DNA of 64,000 nucleotides from the human T2T-CHM13v2.0 reference genome, Homo sapiens. This document shows, in pieces, positions 1 to 21,293 of this stretch; positions within the stretch are counted from its first letter, which is position 1, and each line of letters opens with the position of its first letter. Below the pieces are notes generated by a model. It saw only the letters and a list, made by a program, of their open reading frames with translations, did not search any database and had not been told where the DNA came from. The translations under genes and the position numbers were made by a program. Location: NCBI RefSeq assembly GCF_009914755.1, contig NC_060925.1; one strand, written 5' to 3'.

Positions 1-423
1 CCAACTATGACAGTAAGTACTGATCCATGTAGTCAATGCTTTAAAAAAAACCAGTGACGACAGCCTAGACAGGCTGTTCTTTTTCTTCCTCTCCTTTTTA
101 GTTCATTTTTGTTGATTTTGATGGAAATCTCTATTTTGAGGGAAAGAAATATATTTGCTTACTGTAATCAGATGTTTTTTGAGCCAGTGCATTAGATGTT
201 TTCATGGTTATATCAATTTTAGTTTTATGTAATATCAAATAGATTTAAGTATTACATACATGTATATATACATATGAAATCTATCTGTAAATTATAAACT
301 AATAATAGAATAAACATATGGGAAAACCACTTTCAACAACTTAAGAATCAGAACATTACCAGTAACTGTCTTCTTTCCTCCAGGGGTAATCATTCTCCTA
401 AATTTGTGACTTCTTTGCCTTTA

Positions 424-800
<377 letters not shown>

Positions 801-1263
801 GTTTTGCCACATATGGCATATGTTGTTTTGTTTAGTTTTGCTGGTTGGGGGTTTTATAAAAATAACATACTATTTTAGTCTTCTGTGACCAGCTCTTTTC
901 TCTCAATATTGTGTTTCTGGGATTCACTCACATTGCTGCATGTAGCAATATAGTTCATTCCTTTTCATTGTTGTGTAATAGACAATTGTGTTAATGCTCC
1001 ACAATTTACTTATCCATATTCCTGGCAATGGGCATTTGAGTTGTCTGCAGTTTTTTGCTCTTGTGAATTATGAACATTCTACATTTCTCCAGGTATGTAT
1101 GTCAAAGAGTTACACTACAGGGCATTGGTTTCCAAACTTTAAAAAACTGTAATATGTTTTATACACACATATTTTACAGGTACCATAAATACTTTACATC
1201 ACAACTGTACACACATGGTGCACACATATGTGAAACCAACAATTTATGAAACAAAACTTACTC

Positions 1264-1467
1264 TTTTTTCTTTTTTTTCACTCCAGCACTCAAGTTGGAG
1301 TGCAGTGGTACAATCACAAGGCTCACAGCAGCCTCCACCTCCCAGGCTTACGTGATCCTCCCATCTCAGCCTCCCAAGAAGCTGGAACTACAAGCATGCA
1401 CCACCATGCCCAGCTAATTTTTGTATTTTTTGTAGAGACAAGGTTTCACCATGTTGCCCAGGCTGGT
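1264..1467 (-). mobile_element. 5'-truncated AluJ-like
   Basis: Partial Alu flanked by aaaacttactctt on both sides. Confidence 0.85.
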
Positions 1468-1547
1468 AAAACTTACTCTTACTATACTAAGTTTTTCCAC
1501 TCTACTGAATTTTATTTTGTTTGTTTAAAAAAAAAAAAGTTGGTTGA

Positions 1548-2245
<698 letters not shown>

Positions 2246-2471
2246 TTATATGCATGTTTGCCTTTACAACAAAATGACACATTGTTTATACCAAACTGTT
2301 TATAAAAATTTACATGCTCATTAGGAATGTGAAATAATTCCTGTAGTTTCACATCCTCTCCCACACTTGGTATCATCAGCATTCTTAATTTTTGCTAATC
2401 TGGTAGATGTAAAAGAATATCTCGCTGCATCTGCATTTGCAATTACCTGAGGAATAATTAGCTGGCAGAAC

Positions 2472-3280
<809 letters not shown>

Positions 3281-4372
3281 TAAGAGTCAAGAAACTTGAT
3301 TTGGTCTGACCGGGTATAGGAGGAAAACTGTGGCCCCATTTTTTGTTTTAGCCTTGTATTTCCTCTTGTCAGGAATCAACCTGTGTCGGGAATACTCCCC
3401 TCTCTTAGCTAGGCCTGGTACTTTTTTTTTTCTTTTTTGAGGCTACAACAGCTGCTGAAGACAGTAGCAAGGAGAGTGTCAACCATTCTTCATTGATGCT
3501 GCTTCAATATGAACAGCGGCCCTGCTCCCCATTTCCTGCCTCATTTCTCTTTGACCTCAACTGAGTATCTTACTCCTTTGCCCGTCTGGCACTGGGATTA
3601 TGGGCTCCTGAATGCTCTGGAGCTCCTTTTAATGTCATTCATAATTTAATCTTGAGCTGCAATTCTGGGTCTTTTGGTTCACACACCTCATTCTTCCTGC
3701 ATATTTCACTATAAGTAGAGAGAAAAATGCTGGTCACTGGGTGCTGGTGGTAGCCATGCTCTGACCAGGGAGCCCCTGTTCATGCCTTTTGTCCAGGTCC
3801 CTGCAGTGCTGTCCTGTGGCTGTCTCTGGGCCAGGGTGGGCCTTTTCCCACCAGTGCTTTTGGTAGCAGTGCATTCCATGCAACCGCTTCACAAAGTAGA
3901 TGATATTTTTCCAGGGTAACCATGTTATAATTGGGGTTTGTGTTATTAACTAAATCAATCATAATATAAAGCCAATCCAATATCATAAAAATAAAAATCA
4001 AGTGACACACAAGCCTCTGTAATAATTATGACCCAGATTAGGAGTACAGCTCATATCTGACACTGGTATGATCTGGAGCATGATTTCATCATCATCGTGT
4101 TCATAGGTGGCCCTAGTTTTGCTTTGATGAATCATCCTTGGTGGTAGCATTGGGCTCTACTTCCCATATCTAAAATTGGGTTCCTTGGAACCCAACTCTT
4201 CTGGAGGAAAACTTTTGAGTTGACATCCAGCCCCTCAGTGTCATTCCCTAAGATACCAAGACAATGAAAGCAAGGAGGATGTGTGGGTGGCCAGAGCCTT
4301 GGGCCCTCTCTGTTTCAACCATGACAAAATGTTTGATCACATTTTACAATCCTTCTGGAATTTCTTCCCTAG

Positions 4373-4762
<390 letters not shown>

Positions 4763-4890
4763 ACGACTTCTTTTCTCTCTTTGTCCTATCTCAGTACAGC
4801 ATAAAAATGGGGAGTAACCAGGGATCCCTCAGACGTCAGCCCATAAGACACCAAGACAAACAGGGACAGATTACTGAAAAGCACAATCTA

Positions 4891-5313
<423 letters not shown>

Positions 5314-5585
5314 TCACAAGAGGGCATATCCTCCGCCCTTCATACATTTCTCCTGTAACACCCTTCTGGTTGAAAAGAAATAAGAAAGCTGTGCTTGACT
5401 TTTGCTCTAGTGCTTTTTAAGATCAAGCAGGAATCTTACATTCTTTCATTGCCTTTCACATTTCTTTTCCTTCTTCCGTGTCCTCTTTCTTTTTAAATTC
5501 AGATCATTTAACAGACAAGGGTCATAGCTAAAAATAAATCTTCATTGACCTGAGCTACCTATGATGTCATTTACTGTATTCATAG

Positions 5586-5804
5586 GTCTCCAGAGTCAAC
5601 ACTCCAGGCATGTAGACACACACAGGAGAATAAAACCTCAGTTCCCAGGCAGCTTCCAGAAGCTGTGGCATTGCTGTGGCCTGAGGCCTGGACTTTCCCA
5701 GGGGATAGGTATCCAGATCGTTTGTGCCCTTCCATATCACCTTTCATTCAGAGGCCTTACCTGGATTGGTAGCCAAGCATTGATACTCATGCCTCCCCAA
5801 AGAG
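5586..5804 (+). other. Candidate internal exon (219 nt)
   Basis: tattcatag|G acceptor (weak pyrimidine tract); AGAG|gtaagt consensus donor; frame of ORF 5561-5815 open across it. Confidence 0.3.
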
Positions 5805-6584
5805 GTAAGTTTTAGTAGGAAACTGAAAGAAACCAAGGCCCAACAAAATGAGGCAACTAGACGGAGTGACTGGGGAAGTTTCCAGCCAAGTCAGATATAA
5901 AATTTGTACTGTGAAAAACTGTTATCTGTATTTTGGTATTTACCAAAAAACAGTGAGCCATGATCACTCCATGCAGTGGGTTAAACTTGTGGGAGAAGTA
6001 AATTCTGTGGTGTCAGCTCAGAACAGAACATATTGGGAATGCATAATAGAAAAGCAGTACTCTCACTCAGCTTCATAACTCCAGCAAATTTGTGGATTGG
6101 GGTTAACCACGTCTGGAATTCCAGAACTCAAGTTACCCAAGTGTGGCAGGCCAGGGGAATTTCTGCGGGCTGGATGGGAAATCTTCAAAGTCAGCATTTA
6201 TTTTCATCTGCACTCAATATTTTGGCCCAATATGTAAGTAACTTGATGTCCATTCTTGTGTTGATAAGGAGCCTAAAAGCCTGGAACAGAGAAAGGAAAA
6301 GTTGGTCTCCACTTGGATCTCAATGTGGTCATCAGTCATGGAAAATGCTGACTATGACCATTCCCAATCAGCTCCTCATGCCTGGCACTAAGAGACACTA
6401 GACACCTTGGGCTGCAATGACTGCATTGTGCGTTTGTCACTTTACCATAAGCTACATGAGTCCCCAGCTGGCTGTGTTAAAGTGCTCCATCTTCCCAATA
6501 GCCATGTGTCCCTTGACGGCAGGAACACTTTCATGTTTCTTCTGCAGCTCTCATGGTGCACCATGTTGCTTATTCTTTTTTTTC

Positions 6585-7234
<650 letters not shown>

Positions 7235-7255
<21 letters not shown>

Positions 7256-7337
7256 ATGCTATGCAGCACAGTCCAAAATCCGTGCTATGCAGCACAGTCC
7301 AAAATCCGTGCTACCCAGCACAGTCCAAAATCCGTGC
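7235..7337. repeat. Minisatellite, 4 x 26 bp (gcagcacagtccaaaatccgtgctat)
   Basis: gcacagtccaaaatcc starts at 7240, 7266, 7292, 7318. Confidence 0.95.
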
Positions 7338-7690
7338 AGGTATGTACTAGTTGCTCAGAACACAAGCAGTCAGTTTCTAGCATTGTGAGAAAAGCCCTGA
7401 TCTAAAGTCAGGATATCTAGGACTTCTGGTCATAGTTCTACCTCTAAAAATGTGTCCTGGGCTAAATTGTTAACCTCTCTGCCCCTCAGGTCCTTAGGGA
7501 AAGAAAATGACGACTCATCACCTCTTAGATGGTGCATACAGAAGTGAAGGAGTTAAAATGTTAGCAGTGAAACTGTCAAACAGTACACAGGGGGAAAAAA
7601 AAGAAACTTCCATCCAAAGACTCTAAAAGATGCTAGATTCTGTAATGTTATTTTCTCTGATTTTCTTACTGTGCATGTAAAGCATGTTTA

Positions 7691-8053
<363 letters not shown>

Positions 8054-8645
8054 CTATTTTTTCCTGTAACTATAATCTTGGTGTGCTATGAAATTTGGAG
8101 CAAGTCATTAAACCATTTTCTGTCAACATTTACTTATATACAGAATGGGATTAATAATATTCTAACAATAGTAATTGACCATTAGCTAAGTCCTTTAAAG
8201 AAATGAAGTCTCCAGCATTTGTTGCATCAAGGCCCTGCAGAGCTGTATGAGCTTCAGCCCCGCTGTGTTCTACTAGACTCCAGGGCTTGCCTGTGTTATC
8301 TCCAACAGATAAGATCATGCCAGAACACATGAAGTCAGCACTCACCCCATTTAACCTTAAGTCAACACTACAGGGTTTGCTTCCTTTTACCAAGTACCAG
8401 CAAACATAGAAAAACAATCAGTTTCCTGGTTCCAGTCTGATCTGCTGCAAAGAACAAAGAAGGGACCACCTTACTTTATCCACTGGATAAAGGGAACAGG
8501 GAGCCAAAAAATGATGTAGGAGATGGTGCCAGGCCGGGGTTGAGGAAGCAGGACAGAACCCAGGAATTTGCTTTCTCCTTGGACCTACTGCTTTCTACAG
8601 AGGGTCAAAGAGTTCGGCCAGAAACCTCCTCCAAGACCAAGGTTA

Positions 8646-9330
<685 letters not shown>

Positions 9331-9363
9331 GACAACCCCAACAGCTCTGAAGGACACAAACTT

Positions 9364-9401
9364 CACACACACACACGCACACGCACACACACACACAAAC
9401 A
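9364..9401. repeat. Interrupted (CA)n microsatellite
   Basis: cacacacacacgcacacgcacacacacaca. Confidence 0.9.
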
Positions 9402-10689
9402 CTTCATGAATTTCAACCCTTAGATCTGGAGGGTTAACTTCATGGCAAACATAGGGGTTACGAAAATAACGCACCATAATATTTCCCCCCTAGTTTTTCA
9501 TTAACAACATGAGCCCTCCTAGGTCTGGGTACTTTGGTGTCTATCCTTAATAATTAATATCTGGGCATTAATAGTTTCAGCTCTTTCTACCTAGCATCTG
9601 TAAGCGTTAACCAGAACCTACTAACAAATGTGAACATACAACATTTGAACATAAAGTAACATCTCTGGCCTTCGAAGGTGACAAAGCTCAGAGTAGCATT
9701 TCTCATCCTAAGCTTCCAGCTGTTGGCCTGAGCATATTCACAAAGGTGAAGCCTTGTACTGCACCATCCACATTCTCTCCCATGTCTCTGCAGGTCAGGA
9801 GCATGCTTAAGCAAGTTGGCTGATGGTCTGAAGAGTTACATAGAGTCAAGGATAAACATATTTTGGTCTTTTTAAAACCCAGCATAAAAATAGCAGTAAA
9901 AATATTTCACAATAAAAATAATCATTTCTGAAGCCCTTTATTAGTTTGCCCCCTTTCTTAACTGGAAGACTTTTAAGTGACTTACAGCATTTAGGTCCAA
10001 TGTCGTGTTTGTTATGTTTATATAGTAACCAAAAACTCTGGATAAATATTTATATAGTTACAAAACTTTTAACAGGCCCCAAACTTGGAATAATCCAAAA
10101 GAAACACAACGCTCCATTTTGGGCAGTTGTAAATCCCCTGTTGTCAACATAACTCAGACATTGGAAAGGAGGGAATAAGCCTGAATGGCTCCCATATGTT
10201 TGCCATGAGCAGGCTTCAAGGGATGGGGGTGGAGGAGAGAATGGAGGAAGGGGCTGCCATGGCTGGCCTGCATCGAGTGTCCTGACAGTCTGGTAATCTG
10301 CAGAGCATTGTTTTGCGCTTGTCAGCTGTTGCCCAGGGATGCCTGTGTGATAAATGAATAATGGGCTCCACAGGGCTCTCCTTACACTAAAAAATTCAGC
10401 GCATATGGTTCTGGCCAGTTTTCTATCCCATCCTATCTTTTGGTCACTCTAGAAGTACATTTGTTCCCTTGGCCATAAAAAAGAATATTACAGCTTTTAG
10501 GAGAGAATTGAGGCCAACAACTCAGAGCATCAGTCTTTAGGGACATGACATAAAGAAATCATATTTGAAACCTGGATGCAAGATCATCTAGAAAAGTACC
10601 CAGGATCAATGGGGTGGGAGAGTGGAAATAAAGGAAAATAATTTGACAAAAGTTGCTCCCTTGAATACATAAAGACCCAAACTTACTTA

Positions 10690-10995
10690 TTTTATTTTAT
10701 TTAATTTATTTTTTGAGACAGAGTCTCACTGCTGCCCAGGTTGGAGTGCAGTGGCATGATAATGATAGCCTCAAATTCCTGGGCTCAAGAGATCTTCCTG
10801 CCTCAGCTTCTAGAATAGCTGGAACTACAAGAGCATGCCACCAGGCTTAGCTAATTATAAAAAAAAAAATTTGTTTTAGAGGCAGGGTCCCAATAGGTGC
10901 TTGGGCTGCTCTTGAACTCCTGAGCTCAAGTGATCCTCCCATCTTGGCCTCCCAAAGCACCGGGATTACAACCCTGAACCACTGCACCTGTCTGG
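10690..10995 (-). mobile_element. AluJ
   Basis: Diverged antisense Alu. Confidence 0.9.
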
Positions 10996-11099
10996 CTCAA
11001 ACTTGCTCATTTTTAACTGGTAATCATTTCAGAAATTTTATGAGACAGAGAGAGAAAGAAAAGGATGCTCCTAGGCCTGTACATACAACAAGTTGGCCA

Positions 11100-11258
11100 T
11101 GGAGTCATAGTAATTTGGGGCCAGTCCTCTATAAAATAGTAATAATAACTGTATCTACCTCCTGAGGTTGTTGTGAGACCTATCTACAGCAATACAGAAG
11201 TTGCTTCGAACAATGTCAGGCACAGAGTAAGTGGTAATCAATGCTAGCTAGTATTATT
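11100..11258 (+). mobile_element. MIR
   Basis: ctataaaatagtaataataac...ctacctcctgaggttgttgtgag...ggcacagagtaagtg. Confidence 0.75.
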
Positions 11259-11936
11259 CTTCCTCAACTCTTCAGACACTGATTCACTACCCTCACCGCA
11301 GGGAAAGAGTTAAAACTAGACATATTTAGCTGTAATGACTAGAAAAATTGAGCAGAAAATCTTTCCAAAAAGTTTTGACTTGGAGAAAGGAGGTTTATGG
11401 TTCTGTTCCCTGAAAGCTATGGCCTAGCGGGGGACAGTCTCTGCCCAGCAGGAGAGAAACCCTACCGTCACTGAGGCTAAGTTAGCAGAAGACTGTTCTC
11501 TTAAGAATGGAGGCTGGGAGGGCCTTTTGGTCTTTGGATAGTTCAAAGCATTTCTCAAAGCTTTACTAGTGGGGCAAGAAATACTCAGTAAAACCTGAAA
11601 TAGCCCCTGCCAGGGCTGATGGCCAACAGCTGTGGGAATGGCAGCTGCTGTGACCCACGTCACTGCACCCGACCCAGGCATGGGGATCCCTGACAAGTGG
11701 TCATGAGAGTCTCACATTTTTAATCTGTCTGGAAGCCAATGGGAGGTGTAAGGAAGCCAGATTCTGATCCCTAACAGTGGCATCCTATCAATTTGTGTAA
11801 ATTTCTCATCGTGATCCCTTCCTCCTTACCATGGAGTTGGAGAGAAAGGGAGAATTCCCACACTTTGGCAATATGAAAGGACTATTCTGTAATCCTATTT
11901 TCAGGACAGTTTTCCTTCCTTTTAAAAATCCAGGTT

Positions 11937-12500
<564 letters not shown>

Positions 12501-12678
12501 ATTTTCAGATAAATTTCTCATCAGAATAGAATTCTATACCTGGGGCCCTTTGAATACTGTTTTGAATGTTGAACTTCATTTGAGGTGAAATAATGATGCT
12601 AACTCACATTTATTAAGCATTTACAATATGTCTTGCACCCCTGCAGGCACTTTATATCTATTTAATTTAATCATATAA

Positions 12679-13065
<387 letters not shown>

Positions 13066-14884
13066 TAACACCTTTTTCTTTATAGAAAGCTGCCTGGTTT
13101 TTGAAGGAAGTCTTGAAACAATTTTTTTCTTCTTAAAAGTACTTTATAAAGTCTTTTGATTATAAAAATAATGTATGCTTATAATAGAAATTTTGGAAAA
13201 TGCAAAATGTGTAAAGAAGTAGTAATTCTACTACTCCACATGTAACTGCTGTTAATATTTTAAATTCTCCTAAGGTATTTTTCTGCACATTTATTGATAA
13301 TATTTCTTTTTTCTCCAAATTGTGATCTTAAAACTTTTAGACTTTCCAAAGATTTTGTAAACTTCTTTGAAATACCAGGAAGCCCATCTAACCCAGTGCA
13401 GCAAGTATGGACTTTTGAAGTTCAAACATAGTTTGGAAAATTGACCACACGGTTTCCAAGAGGAAACTAAAATTGGCAAAATGCCCTTTTCCACCCTGAT
13501 AGGGGCTTTAAATGCCTAACCATTTGTTTTGCTGGCAGCAGGACCATTTTTTAGTGGCAACCAATGACTATTAGTGCCAATAAAAGTTCTTAAACCCCTC
13601 ACAGCATTAATCATGCTCCAGATGTTACAAAAGTTGAGTGACCGAAAATGTACATACATTGAAGTCTTCAGCTGCTGCCTCAAGGTCATGGGGATTTCAG
13701 CTTCATTCTCTTAATTCAGAGTTAAGCCAGACCCCATCAGTGAGATTTCAGCCTCATTATAAACCACAGAGGCTTCATTTTGCATATATTTCAGCATTTT
13801 ATATTTTCCTTTGGCCACTCTCATAGTGTATGTGTTCCTTTAAAACATCTCCTCTTTGATGAATAGTCCTTCCTGGGGCCCTTTTGTAGGCATGAGAGAT
13901 TATACTCTGTTTTGATTCTATCTTTGCCCCTGAGATACCAACCAGTAGCATTCTTCCCACTTTGTCTGATCAAATGGAATTATTTTTAGAAGAAGCTGCT
14001 GTGTTTGAAAGACAGCTTATAATCTTAAAAAAGCCCTTTACATTGCAGACATATGGGCTTCTTGACAGTGTGTGTCTAGAATTGCAATGTTTTCTCTGCC
14101 CAGAGGACTACCTTTGAATTCACCCTTTCTGCTTGTGTGTGTCTGTAAAGATAAATGAATTGCTTTGGCACTGAATATAGTAACTGTAGCGTGCATCATT
14201 TCTGACAACTACTTCCTGAACTTCTTCCCTGAGTTTTGTACCAACTGTTCTCATTGGTTCTCCGCAGAGCTCGTGGCACAGAGGAAAATGGACATAAGGT
14301 AGCGGTAACAGGCTGGCGACTGTGGCTTTTACACATTGCTTCACACAACCCTGTCCAGGAGTTTTACACACTCACTAAACAAACAGAAGACACCATCCAA
14401 TTCACTGGAGCCCCGTTGGATAAATACGGAAAGAATGTGGGAGCTATGTCATGAACCACAATGGTTTTGTGTTCTGTGTAATTTGAAGACGAGATTCCTT
14501 TGCTGTGTGTCACCTCCCATATTACCACTGTCGCCCAACATTTCATAACCATCAACTCTTTGCCAGTGCCCACATGCAAAGATGGGTTTGTATTAAAAAA
14601 TAAATGAGAACAGCACATTCTGATGTGGTGTAGTATATCAGCATTTTCCATGAAACCTCGTCTCCGGCCTTCCCCTTTTAGGAAACAAAGGACCCGTGAC
14701 AGAGCCTACTTATCCCGTTACAGCTCCTGGTGAGAAGGGCGAAGCCATGTCAGAAATAATAGAAAAGGCTTTTTCCTTTGAAATATCTAAACGTTCAAAG
14801 ATGGGAACAGCCGCAGGGGGGAGAATACTGTGCTATGCAAGTTGATCTGATTTTGTGGACCATCCATTTCCAATTGGGAAGCTC

Positions 14885-15365
14885 ACTTACTTTCAACTTG
14901 AAGCATCAGAAAACCAGACTTACAGCAGCTTCAGCCTATAGGGGTTTATTTTTCTCATGTAACAAGAAGAACAGAAGTGGACAGAGGCCGAGTTCTCAAG
15001 GACTCAGTTTCTTTCTGTCCCACCAACCTTACCATGTTGGATTGTCATCTTTGTGCTTGTTGCCTCATGATGGCAAGATGGCTGCAGCACCTCTGGGACT
15101 CACGACTGATTTTTAAGGTAGGAAGAAGGGGACAGGACTGTACTAGCCAGATGGCTTCCTTTCATCTGGAAAGCAAAAGGTTTCCCTGAATCCTCAGCAG
15201 ATTTCTGCTGTCTTCCCATTGGCCAGAACTGTGTCACATGGTCACTTTTAATAGGTTTAAAAATGAGTTTTTCTTGGGAATATTGCTGGCTTGAACTAAA
15301 TTGTGGTTCTGTTAGTGCAAAAAAGAGGAGTGGGTGGAGTTTGGTCACATACCTCACACAGCCGC
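14885..15365 (-). mobile_element. MLT1-family MaLR LTR (MLT1J/K/L-like)
   Basis: tttatttttctcatgtaacaagaag, caagatggctgcagc, cattggccagaactgtgtcacatgg. Confidence 0.7.
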
Positions 15366-15624
15366 TCTTCTTAAGATGCTACTTAGAGGATGGTAGGGAC
15401 TGAGAGGAGGAGGCAGAAGGAGCATAGCGACCTCTTTGGAGATGTAAGTGACTGTCTACATCATGTGTTTGTAGAGCCATGGGAATCAAAAATAACTCTT
15501 GCGATAGATTAGCAGCCCCAAACTTTTTGTTCACATGCGAAAATCTCTGTAATGAATTGTTAGTTCCGTGTTACAATTATTATGAAAATCTGCTGTGTTT
15601 AAATTATTGGGAAAGTAAAAGTAT

Positions 15625-16475
<851 letters not shown>

Positions 16476-16656
16476 AATTTTAAAAGTATGAAGCTGCTTT
16501 GTTGATACCACATATTGGTGCCCATCAAAATACTGTCCTCGAACTGGTGTTGGCCTGCAAACTCTTCACTATTCATCTACAACAAGATAAGTCAGAAATT
16601 GAGAGGATTTAGAAACTCTTATAACAATTATCAAATTGTATGCAATGATTAGGAGA

Positions 16657-17589
<933 letters not shown>

Positions 17590-17789
17590 TTAGTCCTTCG
17601 CACAGTTTGAGAAACACTGCTATGGGTTAGATACTGCAAACTATCATTACACTAATAAAATGCAAACACTTCTGAAGCTTCAGGAGCTCAGAAGCCACTG
17701 TCAGCCGCATGGGAAGCCGGCAGGTCAACAACAACCTCCTGCAAGAGGGAAACCATATAGCCCCCACATCCCCTTCCCACTTCCTGAGT

Positions 17790-17985
17790 GGAATCTTAAC
17801 TCCTTAACTTCCCAGCAAGTTATTTAACCCAGCTGCCTCAGTTTCCTCATGTGTAAATGGGGATTATAAAAGAACCTTCTTCACAGTGTTATTTTGAAAG
17901 ATTACGTGGGGGCAACTATATGCAAAGCGTTTAGTGCAGAATCTGTCTCCAGTATACACTAGCTAAGCATCTGCTATTATTATTA
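17790..17985 (+). mobile_element. MIR
   Basis: Core gcctcagtttcctcatgtgtaaatggggattat. Confidence 0.85.
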
Positions 17986-18161
17986 CTTGCAAACCATTTT
18001 GCAAAAAATAAAAGAAGATTTTTTTAAAAAAAAACAGTTTTGATTAAAATAACACCTCAAATACAACAGCACACTGAACAGAGATGGTATCAAGCCTACA
18101 CTGAGAGCAAAGTGCCTGCTGGGAGGATATGCAGTTGTGTGTGCCTGAGGCCTGGCTCTGA

Positions 18162-19284
<1,123 letters not shown>

Positions 19285-19847
19285 CCCAGCTTCTTCTTAG
19301 TTGAAGTCTTTAATGTAAAATGCAAGTACAACTTAAATAGGTTACGTTTTTAGTCCTTCTCAGTCATTTACACTTTAATGTGAAGAAAACCTCTGAAGGC
19401 ATCTTAGATGGTAGAGGCCTTGCTCCTGTCTTACTGTAACCTGGCACTTGCTCCCCAACTCCACCCCCACTCCGCAAAATCCCGCCCATCATAGAGTTTA
19501 GCTTAGCTCGTACCTTAAGCTTCAAGATTTCTTTGACTGTTCCAGCCTGGCTGTTCTCTCTCTTCCCTGGTAGGAAGCACAGTCTGTGCCACATAACTTG
19601 GCACTTATATTCTGCCATCCAGTGTTCAGTAGAGTTCCGTGTGTGTATCTTAGTCACACCTCTGAGTTCAGAGGGCCACTTTTTGATAACTTTTCCTTCC
19701 CCACCACCGGGCTGCACACAGAACAGGTGCTCAATGAACCCGTGTTGAACGATGGGGAAGGTGAGGCAGAAACCTAGGGCATATGTGTCAGTAGAGAGTA
19801 GGGGCAAGCCTCGAACGTGAGCTGGACTAAGTCATTTGTGACCTTAA

Positions 19848-20610
<763 letters not shown>

Positions 20611-21114
20611 GTCACAATGTTTTCAAGATAGAAGAGACTTCATTCAGCTTGTATATCTGTAGAAAGGAAGGAGACCACAGACAGGACGCTGTTAAATGGG
20701 AAGAGAAGGGGACAATGGGTGCATGATGGTTCCTAAGAGGCATAGCACCAAGGGTTCTCATAGAAGGGCTAACCTTGGCTGGAAGGAGGGACCCCTCCTC
20801 TTCTGACGCAGAAAGGAAGGCAAGGTGGGTAAGTGATGATACATTGATGCTGAGGGGTGGAGAAGAAATGAATGAGGGAGGGAGCTGGTAGACTTGACCT
20901 CAGAAAAGACAGAATCCACGTTCTTCTCTTCCAAAGGAAAGTCACCCCACCTCTTCTCTCCTCCACCCCTGGCTCAGAGTTTGAGGCTTGGCAGTGGAAA
21001 GAATGTGTGGGTCAGTGATGAGCTTTCAGAAAAGAGGTGCTTAAAAAGCTTACACAGTAACCTCCAAGGACCAGGTTTCTACTGGCTACATGGATATGTA
21101 GAAGAACCAGTGGC

Positions 21115-21293
21115 CCATTCATTCACCCAGCAATCATGTGTCCTCCATTTATGTACCCAACATTCACGTGTCCTCCATTTATTCACCCAACAATCACCTG
21201 TCCTCCATTTATTCACCCAACAATCACGTGTCCTCCATTTGTTCACCCAGCAATCACGTGTCCTCCATTCATTCACCCAGCAATCACATGTCC
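21115..21293. repeat. Minisatellite, 6 x 30 bp (ccatttattcacccaacaatcacgtgtcct)
   Basis: Units start 21115, 21145, 21175, 21205, 21235, 21265. Confidence 0.96.

Noticed and set aside
4098-4116. CTCF-like aggtggccct
   Set aside because: Missing the 5' CC of the core motif; the partial matches near 22570 and 50650 are similarly weak.
5926-5953. Small hairpin ttttggta-tt-taccaaaa
   Set aside because: Short and AT-rich; expected by chance in 64 kb.
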